DNA from: an uncultured Chloroflexia bacterium
GTDB taxonomy: Bacteria; Chloroflexota; Limnocylindria; Limnocylindrales; CSP1-4
Direction of reading: 5' to 3'
Assembly: GCA_963776865.1 (NCBI GenBank)
Contig: CAVZOG010000004.1
Span: forward strand, 705,317 to 769,316
Length of the DNA: 64,000 bases
Positions within the stretch are counted from its first letter, which is position 1; every line of letters starts with the position of its first letter. Positions 1 through 10,511 of the stretch are shown here, one piece after another. Both the position numbers and the translations under genes were made by a program. The notes beneath the pieces are model-generated. The model saw nothing but the letters and a program-made list of their open reading frames with translations, made no database searches and had not been told where the DNA came from.

Positions 1-210
1 CATTGCCTCGTCCGGTGCGACGGCTGCTCGGCCGGCCGCCTCGACTTCGTCGTAGGAGGCGTTGGCCCGGGCAGCTTCGAGCATCGCGTCGCAGATGAGG
101 GCGATCGATTCGGGAGCGTTCAGCTTCAGCCCCGCGGCGCGATGCCGACGGGCAAGCTCGGCCGCGGTGAAGATGGTCAGCCGGTCACGTTCCCACTCGG
201 TCAGGCGCAC
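1..210 (-). CDS. ureA: Urease subunit gamma (5' part; runs off the window edge)
   Basis: Not in the ORF track. Manual translation from GTG at 210 gives MRLTEWERDRLTIFTAAELARRHRAAGLKLNAPESIALICDAMLEAAR, matching the UreA N-terminus. TAGCAT -10 box 6 nt upstream. Confidence 0.9.
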   Translation of the reverse strand, partial: MRLTEWERDRLTIFTAAELARRHRAAGLKLNAPESIALICDAMLEAARANASYDEVEAAGRAAVAPDEAM

Positions 211-351
211 GGCGTGATGCTAGTCGGGCGCCGTGGGCGGGATGGGCAGCGGCGAGGCTGCAACCACGCTGCAAGCAGAACCTGCCGTTCGGCTCTAGGC
301 CCCGGCATGGCGCAGCGTCCATGATGGCGCGACCACAAGGAGGGCCGTGAC

Positions 352-1080
352 GTGAAACTAACCCTGCCCTGGACCGCAACCGAGGTTGATGCAAATGGCA
401 TCAGCAACAAGCTCGAGGCGGTCCGGGAAGCACTCAGCAACGAGGCCGGCCAGCTGTCGGTCGTCGCGGCAGAGCGAACCAAGGACATCGGCAGCAAGGC
501 CACAGACCTGAGCGAGGACGCCGGCAGCAAGACCGCCGAGATCGCCCGCGACGCATCGTCAGCGGCCGGCAGTCTGGCTGAGCAGGTGATCAAGGGTGCG
601 ACTGCACTTGGCGCATCGATCGCGGCCAGTAGCCGGAGCACCGTCAAGGATCTGAGCAAGGACGCCCAGGCGCTCGGCGAGGATCTGCGGCACGTGCGCA
701 TCACGACCGAGCCCAAGAGGTCGGGTGCGAACCCGATGGCAGGCGTTGCCCTGCTCGGCGGCTTCACTGCCGGCCTCGCATTGATGTACTTCTTCGACCC
801 CGACCGGGGCCGACGACGCCGCGCACTGCTGCGCGACCAGTTCACGAAGCTGACCCGCGTAAGTCGCGAGAAGGCATCTGGCACGGCCCAGGATCTACGC
901 AATCGAACCGCTGGCGTGATGGCCGAAACGCGCAAAGCCGTCAACGGCGCCGCGTCGGAGGCGGAGGACGCCATCGAAGGCGAGCCGCCGAGCTACCAGG
1001 CGCCGTGGGACAACTCCTACGGAAATGGCCTGACCGGCGAGTCGACCAGCGATCAGGAGTCGCCGATCCGCGTCGGCTGA
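352..1080 (+). CDS. YtxH-like / general-stress-type membrane-anchored hypothetical protein
   Basis: AAGGAG RBS; hydrophobic segment followed by YFFDPDRGRRRR, typical of YtxH-like proteins. Confidence 0.6.
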   Translation: MKLTLPWTATEVDANGISNKLEAVREALSNEAGQLSVVAAERTKDIGSKATDLSEDAGSKTAEIARDASSAAGSLAEQVIKGATALGASIAASSRSTVKDLSKDAQALGEDLRHVRITTEPKRSGANPMAGVALLGGFTAGLALMYFFDPDRGRRRRALLRDQFTKLTRVSREKASGTAQDLRNRTAGVMAETRKAVNGAASEAEDAIEGEPPSYQAPWDNSYGNGLTGESTSDQESPIRVG

Positions 1081-1089
1081 GATCCTGAA

Positions 1090-1115
1090 ACGGCCGCCCG
1101 GCGACGGGCGGCCGT
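1090..1115. other. GC-rich hairpin after the stop codon of the upstream gene
   Basis: ACGGCCGCCCG-GCGA-CGGGCGGCCGT perfect inverted repeat; no U-tract. Confidence 0.5.
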
Positions 1116-1117
1116 GC

Positions 1118-1190
1118 TAGTCTGAGGCGGTCCCTTCACTCCGGTCCCGAGAGGCCGGCGAAGGCGGTCCCGAGAGGACCGGGAAGGAGT
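1118..1190 (+). promoter_or_regulatory. PyrR-binding attenuator leader upstream of carAB
   Basis: TAGTCT -10 at 1118; CCTTC...GGTCCCGAGAGGCCGGCGAAGG resembles the PyrR binding loop (ARUCCNGNGAGGYU); second copy GGTCCCGAGAGGACC at 1166. Confidence 0.75.
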
Positions 1191-1214
1191 ACGGCTTGAC
1201 CGCGCACAAACTGG

Positions 1215-1248
1215 ACCACCGCTCATCCGCGAGCGGTGGTTTCTTTTT
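1215..1248 (+). terminator. Attenuator terminator of the carAB leader
   Basis: ACCACCGCTC-ATCCGC-GAGCGGTGGT stem followed by TTCTTTTT. Confidence 0.8.
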
Positions 1249-2402
1249 GTCGCGCGCTGCCGCGCTCCCGATCCCATCCGATTCGGTCGTCGATCCCCGA
1301 CTCGGCGCAACCGGCCCCGCCCTGCTCGCGCTCGAGGACGGCACGGTCTTCCGCGGCGTTGCTTTTGGGGCGCCCATCTCGGGCGGCGGCGACCTTGTCG
1401 CCAACACCAGCTCGACCGGCTACCAGGAGATCTGCACCGACCCCTCGTACGCCGGTCAGGTGGTGCTGATGACCTACCCGCTGATCGGCAACTACGGTCG
1501 CATCGCGTTCGACGATCAGAGTGGCCGGCCCTGGCTGCGCGGCCTGATCGTCGGCCACGCCACCGCTGCCGTGCTCGAGCCGGCGCGCCAGCTGGTCGAG
1601 CTGCTGAGAGCGTCGGGGGTTCCGGCCATCGCGGGTCTCGACACGCGCGCGCTGGCGCGCCGGCTGCGCGAGACCGGCTCGCAGCGCGTGCTGATCGGCG
1701 CGCCGGGCGAGCTGGACGCGAACGCGGCCGTCGACGCGGCCCGCTCGATCGTCCATTGGGAGGACGAGGACTTCGTCGGCCAGGTATCCGCCGCCGACGT
1801 GCATGAGGTCGGTCCGGCCGACGGGCCGCTGGTCGCGCTCGTCGACTACGGCCTCAAGACGAACATCGTTCGCCAGCTCGTCAGCGCGCGGGGCACGCGT
1901 CCGCGTGTTGCCGCACACCACCGACGCGCGCGAGGCGCTCGCCGCGGATGTCGCCGGTGTCGTCCTCTCGCCGGGGCCGGGCGACCCGGCTCGTCTCGAC
2001 CAACCGGTCCGCCTCGCCCAAGCGGCGATCGACGACGGGCGGCCGCTGCTCGGCATCTGTCTCGGTCACCAGATCGTGGGTCGCGCTGCCGGAGCGAGCA
2101 CGCGCCGCTTGCGCTTCGGCCATCACGGTGCGAACCATCCCGTGCGCGACATCGAAACCGGCAAGGTCCAGGTCACGGCGCAGAACCACGAGGTCGAGGT
2201 GGTCGGCGAGACGCTGCCGGCGGAGAGTGGCTTCATCGTCAGTCAGCGCAACCTGAACGACGGCTCGGTCGAGGGCCTTCGCCACGCGACGAAGCCGATC
2301 GAGACCGTCCAGTACCACCCCGAGGGCTCGCCCGGTCCGCTCGACGCGGTCGACGTCTTCGATCGTTTCATGGCTCGAGTCACGCTGGCGGCCGCACCAT
2401 GA
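1247..2402 (+). CDS. carA: Carbamoyl-phosphate synthase small subunit (frameshift near 1885-1895; start uncertain)
   Basis: LALEDGTVF, TGYQEICTDPSY, then in another frame LSPGPGDP, LGICLGHQ, QYHPE. Confidence 0.93.
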
Positions 2403-5400
2403 CCCACCCAAAGCCGGCATCCGTGCTGATCATCGGCTCAGGGCCGGTGATCATCGGCCAGGCGGCCGAGTTCGACTACGCCGGCACACAGGCGTGCCGG
2501 GCACTGCGCGACGAGGGCGTGCGCACGATCCTGCTCAACAGCAACCCGGCCACGATCATGACCGACCCGGGCGTGGCCGACGTCGTGTACCTCGAGCCGC
2601 TGACGGTGCAATCGGTCGATCGCATCCTCGAGCGCGAGAAGCCGGACGGCATCCTGTCCGGTCTCGGTGGCCAGACGGCGCTCAACCTGTGCGTCCAGCT
2701 TGCCCGCGAAGGCGTCCTCGAACGGCACGGAACGAGACTGCTGGGCACGCCGCTCGAGGCGATCGAGATGGCCGAGGACCGACAGCGATTCCGACAGCTG
2801 CTCGACGACATCGGCCAGCCATATCCGCCGTCGGTCATCGTCGAGGGGGCGACGCCAAAGGAGCGCCAGGAGCGAACTCGCGAGGCGCTGGCCGAGATCG
2901 GACTGCCGGCCGTCATTCGACCCGCCTTCACGCTCGGTGGCTCGGGCGGCGGGATCGTCGCCACGGAGGCCGATTACCTCGATCGAGTGCGCGGTGGGCT
3001 GCGCGCCAGCCCGATCGGCCAGGTCATCGTCGAGCGCTATCTCGACGGCTGGCAGGAAGTCGAGTACGAGGTCATGCGCGATGCGGCGGACACGTGCATC
3101 GCCGTCTGCTCGATGGAGAACGTCGACCCGCTCGGCGTTCACACCGGCGACTCGATCGTCGTCGCGCCCGTCCAGACACTGTCCGACCAGACCCACCAGC
3201 GGCTCCGCAGCGCGGCCCTATCGATAATTCGCGCCCTGGGCGTGGAGGGTGGCTGCAACGTCCAGTTCGCGCTGTCGCCCGACCACTCCGAGCACGCGGT
3301 GATCGAGGTCAACCCGCGCGTCTCGCGATCGTCCGCGCTGGCTTCAAAGGCGACCGGCTACCCCATCGCGCGCGTCGCCGCCCAGATCGCCGTCGGCCGC
3401 GAGCTGGCCGAGATCCCCAACGCCGTGACCGGCAAGACCGTCGCCGCGTTCGAGCCGGCGCTCGACTACGTGGTCGTCAAGCTGCCGCGCTTCCCATTCG
3501 ACAAGTTTCCCGGCGCCGAGCGCGGCCTCGGCTCGCAGATGAAGGCGACCGGCGAGGTGATGGCAATCGAGCGCAACTTCGGCGCGGCGCTCAACAAGGC
3601 ACTCCGCGGACTCGAGCAGAGCGGCGCCGGCTGGCTGTCCGAGAACCCCGACTGGACACCCGAGCTGAACGTCCTCACCTCCGATTCGTCCGACACGGAC
3701 CACCTGCGCCAGTTTCTCGCGCCGTCGGACTCACGGCTGTGGCGGCTCATCGCGCTCCTTCGGCGCGGAGTCGAGGGCGACCGGATCCAGCGCGCTACCG
3801 GCATCGCACCCTGGTTCGTGGCCGAGCTCGAGCGATTGATCGAGCTCGAGCGTCGCATGCGCGCGGCCGGGACGTCGCTCGACGACGAGCTGCTCGTCGG
3901 CGCCAAGCGGGCCTGTTTCGGCGATCGCGACATCGCCACGCTGACCGGCATCGAGCCCAGCCGAGATCGCCGCACGGCGTGACCGGCTGGGGTTGCATCC
4001 GGGCTTCGCGATGGTCGACACCTCGGCCGCCGAGTTTGCCGCCGAGACGCCGTACTTCTACTCGACCTACGCCGCGGCGGGCTCGCCGCCCGAGGCTGCG
4101 CCCGTCGAGCGCCCGGCGTCGCTGGTGATCGGGTCCGGTCCGGTGCGTATCGGCCAGGGCATCGAGTTCGACTATTGCGCGGTCCAGGCGGCCGACTCGC
4201 TCCGCCGGCTGGGGCGTCAGGCGATCATGGTCAACTCGAACCCGGAGACGGTGTCGACCGACTTCGACGCGTCATCGCGGCTGTACTTCGAGTCGCTCGA
4301 CGCGGAGAGCGTCCTCGAGGTGCTGCGCGCCGAGGCGATCGACGGCGAGATGCCCGACGCATTCGTCCAGTTCGGCGGCCAGACGCCGCTCGGCCTCGCC
4401 CCTCCGCTCGACGCCGCAGGCGTGACCCTGCGCGGCCTCGATCTCGAGGCGATCGATCAGACCGAGGAGCGGATGCGCTTCGCCGGACTCGTCGAGCGGC
4501 TCGGCATTCCGCAGCCGTCGGGCGGCCAGGCGTCGTCGCTCGACGAGGCGCTCGCCGTCGCCGACGAGGTGGGCTACCCGGTCATCGTCCGGCCATCGTT
4601 CGTCATCGGCGGCCTCGCCGTCGACTTCGCGTATGGGCCGCAGGACCTGGCCGCGATCATCGCCCGCGCCGTGGCCGTCGACGACGAGCGGCCGGTGCGC
4701 ATCGACGCCTATCTCGAGGGCATGGAGCTCGACGTCGACGCGGTGACAGACGGCGTCGATGTCCTGATCCCGGGCCTGATCGAGCACGTCGAGCGCGCCG
4801 GTGTCCACTCCGGCGACTCGATCGGCGTCTACCCGCCGCAGCGCATCTCGGCCGCCGACCAGCAGCTCGTCGTCGACGCGATCACGCGCATCGCGCTCGC
4901 AGTCGGCGTGCGCGGCCTGATCAACGGTCAGTTCATCGTCCGCGACGACGGCGTCTACCTGCTCGAGGTCAACCCGCGCGCATCGCGAACCGTGCCGTTC
5001 ATGTCCAAGGTGACCGGCGTGCCGATGGTCGAGCTGGCGACGCGCGTCGCGCTCGGCGAGCGGCTGGCCGATCTGGGCTGGCGTGGCGGACTTGTTCCAG
5101 CACGCGACTTCGTGGCCGTCAAGGCGCCCGTCTTCTCGACCGCCAAGCTGCGCGGCGTCGACCCGATGCTCGGCCCGGCAATGCAGTCGACCGGCGAGGT
5201 GATCGGCATCCATGCCGATCCGCGCGTGGCGGTCGCAAAGGCACTCGTCGCTGCCTCGCTCCGGCCGCCGGTGCCCGTTCACGGCGCTCCGCCGCCGCTC
5301 GCGCTGCTGTCGATCGCCGATCGTGACAAGGAATTCCTGGGTGAGCTCGCGGCGCGGCTGACGACGGCCGGCTATCGGTTGGCCGCTACGCGTGGCAGCG

Positions 5401-5720
5401 CGGTCGCACTGCGCGTGCTCGGGCATGAGGTCGAGCAAGTCGAACGTCTGGGAGAGGTAACGGACGGTGGGCGAACGGTGCTCGACGCGATCGCCTCCGG
5501 CGACGTGTTGCTCGTCGTCAACACGCCCTCGCCCGAGTCGCGTCCGGTGCGTGACGCCGGCGCCATCCGCCGCGCCGCGCTGGCCGAGGGCATCGTCTGC
5601 CTGACCTCGATCGACACCGCGCTCGCCGCCGCTGCCGCGCTCGATCCGGCGATAGCCAACCGCATGGCCGACGTCCGCCCGCTGGGGGAGTGGCTGGAGC
5701 AGCCCGCCGCCCTCGCCTGA
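2399..5720 (+). CDS. carB: Carbamoyl-phosphate synthase large subunit (frameshift near 3960-3990)
   Basis: IGSGPVIIGQAAEFDYAGTQAC, NSNPATIMTD, EVNPRVSRSSALASKATG; second half IGQGIEFDY, NSNPETVSTDFD; MGS tail; ATGA overlap with carA. Confidence 0.95.
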
Positions 5721-5799
5721 GTCGATTTCGCGCATTTCGGCGTCACGTCGGGAGACCGAGACGCGTACTCTCGATACCTCAACAATCAGGAGGGTAGGG

Positions 5800-6897
5800 A
5801 TGGTCCACGGTTCACGCCGCGCCGGTTCACGGGCGCGGCTGTTGATTGTCTGTTCGATGTTGCTCGGAGCGCTCGCTCTGCCAGCGTCGGCGGCCGCCGG
5901 CGAGGCGGTGTTCACGACGTTCCACTTCGAGCTGAACGACAGCTGCGTTTGGGGCGAGGGTCCGACGAATACCCAGCTCACCGTGCGCCTCAAGGGGGCA
6001 AACGGGTCCTTCCAGGGCAAATTCAAGACGACAACCAACGGCGATGGCGACTGGAGCGGCTGCTTCTGGGGCGACATCGACGCGGGCGATCTGATATCGG
6101 CCACCGACGGCTCGACGTCTCGGACCATTACCGCCCGGCAGCTCAAGTTCACCATCGACCGGGCGACCGACGTCGTCTCTGGAACGTCTGTACCCAACGA
6201 CGAAGTCACCTTCTACGTCTGGGACTGCAACTCGAACTGGAACTGCCAGTTCGCCACGGAACGCGTCCGCTCGACATCAGGCAATGGCAGCTTCTCGACT
6301 GATTTCACCGGCGACTACAACATCCGTGGCGGCGACGAGGTCGAGGTGGATTGGGTCAGCCCGCAGGGAGACGTTCAATGGCGTTTCCTCAATGCGCCAC
6401 AGCTGGGTATCTGGGTAGGCAACAACGAGGCATGGGGCACCGCAAGGCCTCGCCAGGCTGCCAAGGTTTGGCTGCTCGACAGCAATGGCACTACCGAGCG
6501 CGCCCAGTTCGAGGACAGGGCCGACGCATGGGAAGGCGACTTCGAGTCGACCTTCGTCAGGAACGGCAATGCGGTCGATGTCGAGGTAGGCGACTGGCTC
6601 GTCTCGAACATCGCCAGCGACCTGGAATTCCAGGTGCCGAACTTCAATCCGTCGTTCAACAAGGCGACGGATGATGTCGCTGTCAGGTGCTTCAAGAATC
6701 AGTTATTCAGTCTGTACGTCGTGGATGACGACAACTCCAGCTCGATGTACACCACTGGTCACGCCAACAGCAACGGCATGGTGTTCATCAACACGATGTC
6801 GGCCGGTGGGTTCGACCTGAAGACTGGCGATGTCGTCGACCTCGAATGTCTGACCAGGCAAGGTGACTTCCTGGAGGTGACCTTCGAGGTTCCGTAG
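5800..6897 (+). CDS. Secreted repeat-containing beta-rich hypothetical protein
   Basis: GGAGG RBS, signal peptide (LLGALALPASA), four similar internal blocks. Confidence 0.75.
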   Translation: MVHGSRRAGSRARLLIVCSMLLGALALPASAAAGEAVFTTFHFELNDSCVWGEGPTNTQLTVRLKGANGSFQGKFKTTTNGDGDWSGCFWGDIDAGDLISATDGSTSRTITARQLKFTIDRATDVVSGTSVPNDEVTFYVWDCNSNWNCQFATERVRSTSGNGSFSTDFTGDYNIRGGDEVEVDWVSPQGDVQWRFLNAPQLGIWVGNNEAWGTARPRQAAKVWLLDSNGTTERAQFEDRADAWEGDFESTFVRNGNAVDVEVGDWLVSNIASDLEFQVPNFNPSFNKATDDVAVRCFKNQLFSLYVVDDDNSSSMYTTGHANSNGMVFINTMSAGGFDLKTGDVVDLECLTRQGDFLEVTFEVP

Positions 6898-6932
6898 TCG
6901 GGAAACCTCCAACAGTTGATTCGAATCAACGG

Positions 6933-6968
6933 ACCGGCGCCCGCCGATGCGGGCGCCGGTTTTATGTT
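6933..6968 (+). terminator. Rho-independent terminator
   Basis: ACCGGCGCCCGC-CGAT-GCGGGCGCCGGT followed by TTTATGTT. Confidence 0.8.
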
Positions 6969-7012
6969 GCACGAGCCGACCACCCACCCGTCTACGGCTC
7001 TAACATGCCCCC

Positions 7013-7660
7013 GTGAGTGACGTCAGCGCTCCAATTCGTATCCTGCTCGTCGACGACCACGAGGTGGTTCGCCGCGGTCTGCGCGGCTTCCTCGAGCTGC
7101 AGGACGACATGGAGGTCGTCGGCGAGGCATCCGATGGCGCGATTGCCATCGAGCGCGCGGACGAGCTCAATCCCGACGTCGTGCTGATGGACCTGTTGAT
7201 GCCCAACGTCGATGGCTTGACGGCGATCGCGGCGATCAGGAAGAGCCATCCCGACACCGACATCGTCGCTGTCACTTCGTTCATCGAGGAGGAGAAGGTC
7301 ACCGCCGCGCTCGAAGCAGGTGCGTCCGGGTACCTGCTCAAGGACGCGGCCGCGGACGAGGTCGCGGCCGCAATTCGCGCCGCGCGCGCGGGCGAGGTGC
7401 ACCTCGATCCTGCCGTGGCCAAGATGCTCGCTGAGCGCATGCGCGCGCGGCGCGACGAACCGCAGGTCGAGCCACTGACCGCTCGCGAGCAGGAGGTCCT
7501 GCGCCTGATCGGCCGCGGCGCGGCCAACAAGGAGATCGCCGCCGAGCTGTCGATCACCGAACGGACGGCGCGTACTCACGTCAGCAACATCCTGGGCAAG
7601 CTCGGGCTCGCGTCGCGGACACAGGCGGCACTGTGGGCGGTCGAGCACAAGATGCTCTGA
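7013..7660 (+). CDS. NarL/LuxR-family response regulator
   Basis: ILLVDDHEVVRRG, VVLMDLLMP receiver; LTAREQEVL...NKEIAAELSITERTARTHVSNILGKLG HTH. Confidence 0.95.
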   Translation: MSDVSAPIRILLVDDHEVVRRGLRGFLELQDDMEVVGEASDGAIAIERADELNPDVVLMDLLMPNVDGLTAIAAIRKSHPDTDIVAVTSFIEEEKVTAALEAGASGYLLKDAAADEVAAAIRAARAGEVHLDPAVAKMLAERMRARRDEPQVEPLTAREQEVLRLIGRGAANKEIAAELSITERTARTHVSNILGKLGLASRTQAALWAVEHKML

Positions 7661-7795
7661 GCGGGGCAACCCGCACTACCGAGTCCAGCCGGGGCCGCTT
7701 CGAGCACCGCCGAGCACGACTCGCTCGACCAGGACGCCGAGCTGCTGATCGAGGCAGTCGGTGAGGCGGCGCGCCTGCTCGACTGCGACGGCGCG

Positions 7796-9832
7796 ATGGT
7801 CTATCTCGTGGACCCGGCCGGCGGCGACCTTCGCTTCGGATTCGATGCCGGCGTGACCGATCCGGGCGCTCGGGCTCTCCTGCGCGGACTTCGACTTCCA
7901 GTCGGTTCGGGGATCTTCGGAACCGCGATCGCCAAGCGCGAGCTCGTCTACACCGTCGATTACCCAGCTGATGCCCGCTTCGATCACCACCAGGTAGCGG
8001 ACCAGGTCGTCGAGAAGGTCGGCCTGCGCTCGATGGCCGCGGCCCCGATGCTGGCCAACGACGTGCCGGTCGGCGTGCTGGGCGCGTTCTCCGCACGGCC
8101 CGATGCTTTCAGCGAACAACAGCTGAGCCTTCTCCGCTCCCTCGCCGGCCATGCCGCGGCCGCCATCGGCAACCGCCGTCTGCTGGCCGAGCTGCGCGAT
8201 TCGGAGGAACGGCTGCGCATCCAGGCTGCCGAGCTCGAACGCGCCCTCGTCGCGCAACGCGCCGTCGACGAGATCAGCCGGCGCATCGTCGACGTCGACG
8301 ACTCGTCCGAGGTGCTTCAGCAGATCGTCGACCTCGCCTCGAACCTGCTCGGCTCGGATGGCGCGCACCTGACGCTGATGAACGACGACAGCTCCTACCT
8401 GATCCCGATGGTCATGGCCGGCAAGACGGACCCGCAGGTGCGCGCCTGGCTGCACAGCCAGCGCTTCCCGCTCGACGGCGGCATCAACGGTCTTGCCGCC
8501 ACCACCGGGCAGCCGACGTGGACCGATGACTACGCGAACGACCCGCGGATCCCGCACGATCCGGACGATGAGTCACCGTCCCGGCTCGAGCTGGGCGCGG
8601 TGGCCGTGTCGCCGTTGCGCGGCCCGGGCGGCGACGTCGTCGGCACGCTCGCGCTGACCTATCGGCAGCCGCGCCGGATCGATGGGCGCGACGTTTCACT
8701 GCTCGACGATCTTGCTCGCCAGGCGTCGATCGCGGCACGCAACGCACGGCTCTATTCGGAGCTGCGCCAGCGGACGACCGATCTCGAGGTATCCGAACGA
8801 CGCTATCGACACCTGGTCGACCATTCGCCCGACCTGGTCTGGTCGGCCGACGGCGATGGCCGGCTGACATACGTCGGCGAGGCGGTCGCGCGGCTGACCG
8901 GCTCGACGCCCGAGGCGATGCTTGGTCAGCCCTGGACGGCGCTGCTGCTGCCGCGCTCGTTCGAGATTGCCGAGGCCTGTTGGAGTCGGATCGTCGAGCA
9001 GCCCGACGAGGAGCAGCAGATCCGCGTCCAGGCGCCGCGAGCGAACGGCGACCCGATCTCGGCCGAGATCAGCATGATCGGCACGGTCGTCGATGGCACG
9101 TTCGCCGGCGCGCACGGATCGTTGCGCGACATCAGCGAGCGGGAGCGGCTCGAGGCCGACCTGCGCCGCGGCTCAGCTGAGCTGGCCGCGAACGAGGAAC
9201 GTGCCCGGCTCGCACGCGAACTGCACGACTCCGTCACCCAGGCGCTGTTCAGCATGGGCCTCACGCTGCGCACCGCCGAACTGCTTCTTGATCGTGGCCT
9301 GCCCGCCGCGCGCGACAAGCTGGTCGAGCTGCGCGAGCTCCAGAACGACGCGCTGGCCGAGATGCGAACTCTGATCTTCGAGCTGCGTCCACGCGGCCTC
9401 GAAACCGACGGCCTTGCCCAGGCGCTGCGCAACCAGGCCGCCGCGGTGGCCAGCCGCACCGGTCTCGACATCTCGGTCGACGTGCGTTTTGAGGAGCGAC
9501 TCGACCTCGATGTCGAGCAGGCCCTCTACCGAATTGCCCAGGAAGCGGTGCACAACGTCGTCAAGCACGCCAACGCGACATCGGCTCAGGTCAGCCTGTC
9601 CAGGTCCGGCGACGAGGTTCATCTCGTGGTCGACGACGACGGCGCCGGCTTCGACGCCAATCGAGTGACCGGGGCGACGCTCGGCGTCATCGGCATGCGC
9701 CAGCGCGCCGAACAGCTCGGCGGACGCGCGATCATCGGCCGGCGCGGCGGTGGGGGGACCAGGGTCGAGGTCGTGCTGCCGCTGCGGCACCCTGAATCTT
9801 CGATTGTCAGCGAGGCAGCATCGGCCGAATGA
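7796..9832 (+). CDS. GAF-GAF-PAS sensor histidine kinase (HisKA_3 type); true start probably upstream near 7660-7750
   Basis: Two GAF domains, PAS, ERARLARELHDSVTQ H-box, QEAVHNVVKHA, DDGAGF, LGVIGMRQRA. Confidence 0.92.
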   Translation: MVYLVDPAGGDLRFGFDAGVTDPGARALLRGLRLPVGSGIFGTAIAKRELVYTVDYPADARFDHHQVADQVVEKVGLRSMAAAPMLANDVPVGVLGAFSARPDAFSEQQLSLLRSLAGHAAAAIGNRRLLAELRDSEERLRIQAAELERALVAQRAVDEISRRIVDVDDSSEVLQQIVDLASNLLGSDGAHLTLMNDDSSYLIPMVMAGKTDPQVRAWLHSQRFPLDGGINGLAATTGQPTWTDDYANDPRIPHDPDDESPSRLELGAVAVSPLRGPGGDVVGTLALTYRQPRRIDGRDVSLLDDLARQASIAARNARLYSELRQRTTDLEVSERRYRHLVDHSPDLVWSADGDGRLTYVGEAVARLTGSTPEAMLGQPWTALLLPRSFEIAEACWSRIVEQPDEEQQIRVQAPRANGDPISAEISMIGTVVDGTFAGAHGSLRDISERERLEADLRRGSAELAANEERARLARELHDSVTQALFSMGLTLRTAELLLDRGLPAARDKLVELRELQNDALAEMRTLIFELRPRGLETDGLAQALRNQAAAVASRTGLDISVDVRFEERLDLDVEQALYRIAQEAVHNVVKHANATSAQVSLSRSGDEVHLVVDDDGAGFDANRVTGATLGVIGMRQRAEQLGGRAIIGRRGGGGTRVEVVLPLRHPESSIVSEAASAE

Positions 9833-9888
9833 CGTAGCCCGCTTCGTAACTTCGGACGATGCGCAACAAAAGGTCGCCGCCCTAACTT
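9830..9888 (+). promoter_or_regulatory. Promoter copy 1 (TGACGTA...CGATG...TAACTT)
   Basis: Same architecture as copies at 10343 and 10512; -10 box lies 6 nt before ATG 9895. Confidence 0.6.
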
Positions 9889-9894
9889 TGGTGA

Positions 9895-10281
9895 ATGCCC
9901 CAGGAGCCATCCCGGGCGGTTCATTCCGCCCCGCCGCGCGTCGCCGTGGTCGATTCTGACCGACGCGTCCGTACGGCTCTGGCCGAGGTGCTGCGCGTGG
10001 CCGGCATGGATGTGGTCGGCACTGCCGGTGACGCCGAGACCGCGTTGAGCCTGGTGGCTGACGGAGCGGACGTCATGATCGTCGACCCGCGGCTGCCCGA
10101 TCTCGCCGGAGGAGAGGCGCTCGTGACTCACGTCATGAGATCGTGGCCATCGGTTCGCGTTGTCATCACCGGCTGGGGCGATACCGGTGAATCTCGGCTC
10201 AGCCTGGCGGCGACGGCGTTCGTAGCCAAGTCGGCCAAGCCGGAGGAGTTCGTCGCCGCGACCCTCGCGGCTTGCGGCTGA
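9895..10281 (+). CDS. Stand-alone response-regulator receiver protein
   Basis: VAVVDSD, VMIVDPRLPD, VVITG, FVAKS receiver motifs. Confidence 0.85.
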   Translation: MPQEPSRAVHSAPPRVAVVDSDRRVRTALAEVLRVAGMDVVGTAGDAETALSLVADGADVMIVDPRLPDLAGGEALVTHVMRSWPSVRVVITGWGDTGESRLSLAATAFVAKSAKPEEFVAATLAACG

Positions 10282-10342
10282 TGAGCGCTTGTTTACCGGT
10301 CGAGGAGGTTCCGCTGACCCGCCGCGGGCTGGCTGCGTCAAA

Positions 10343-10400
10343 TGACGTACGCCGGACGCGACCAAATGCCGATGACCGACAGGTGCGCGGCCCGTATCTT
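10343..10400 (+). promoter_or_regulatory. Promoter copy 2 (TGACGTA...CGATG...TATCTT)
   Basis: Conserved motif spacing with copies 1 and 3. Confidence 0.6.
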
Positions 10401-10406
10401 TCACCT

Positions 10407-10471
10407 TGAGCTACACACGAACAACAAACGCGTGCAAGAGCCGGCTGCTGGGGCGGTCGGCTCTTTACTTT
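10407..10471 (+). ncRNA. Candidate small RNA (~65 nt)
   Basis: Bounded by promoter copy 2 and the terminator AAGAGCCGGCTGC-TGGG-GCGGTCGGCTCTT-TACTTT; A/C-rich unstructured 5' part; no plausible ORF. Confidence 0.5.
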
Positions 10472-10511
10472 GTGTCGCGCGTGACTTCCGTCGCACTCTC
10501 GCCACGGCAAT

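Noticed and set aside
1196-3982. 928-aa ORF resembling a CarA-CarB fusion
   Set aside because: Frameshift artefact: the CarA glutaminase motifs lie in another frame (1803-2402) and carB has its own ATG at 2399.
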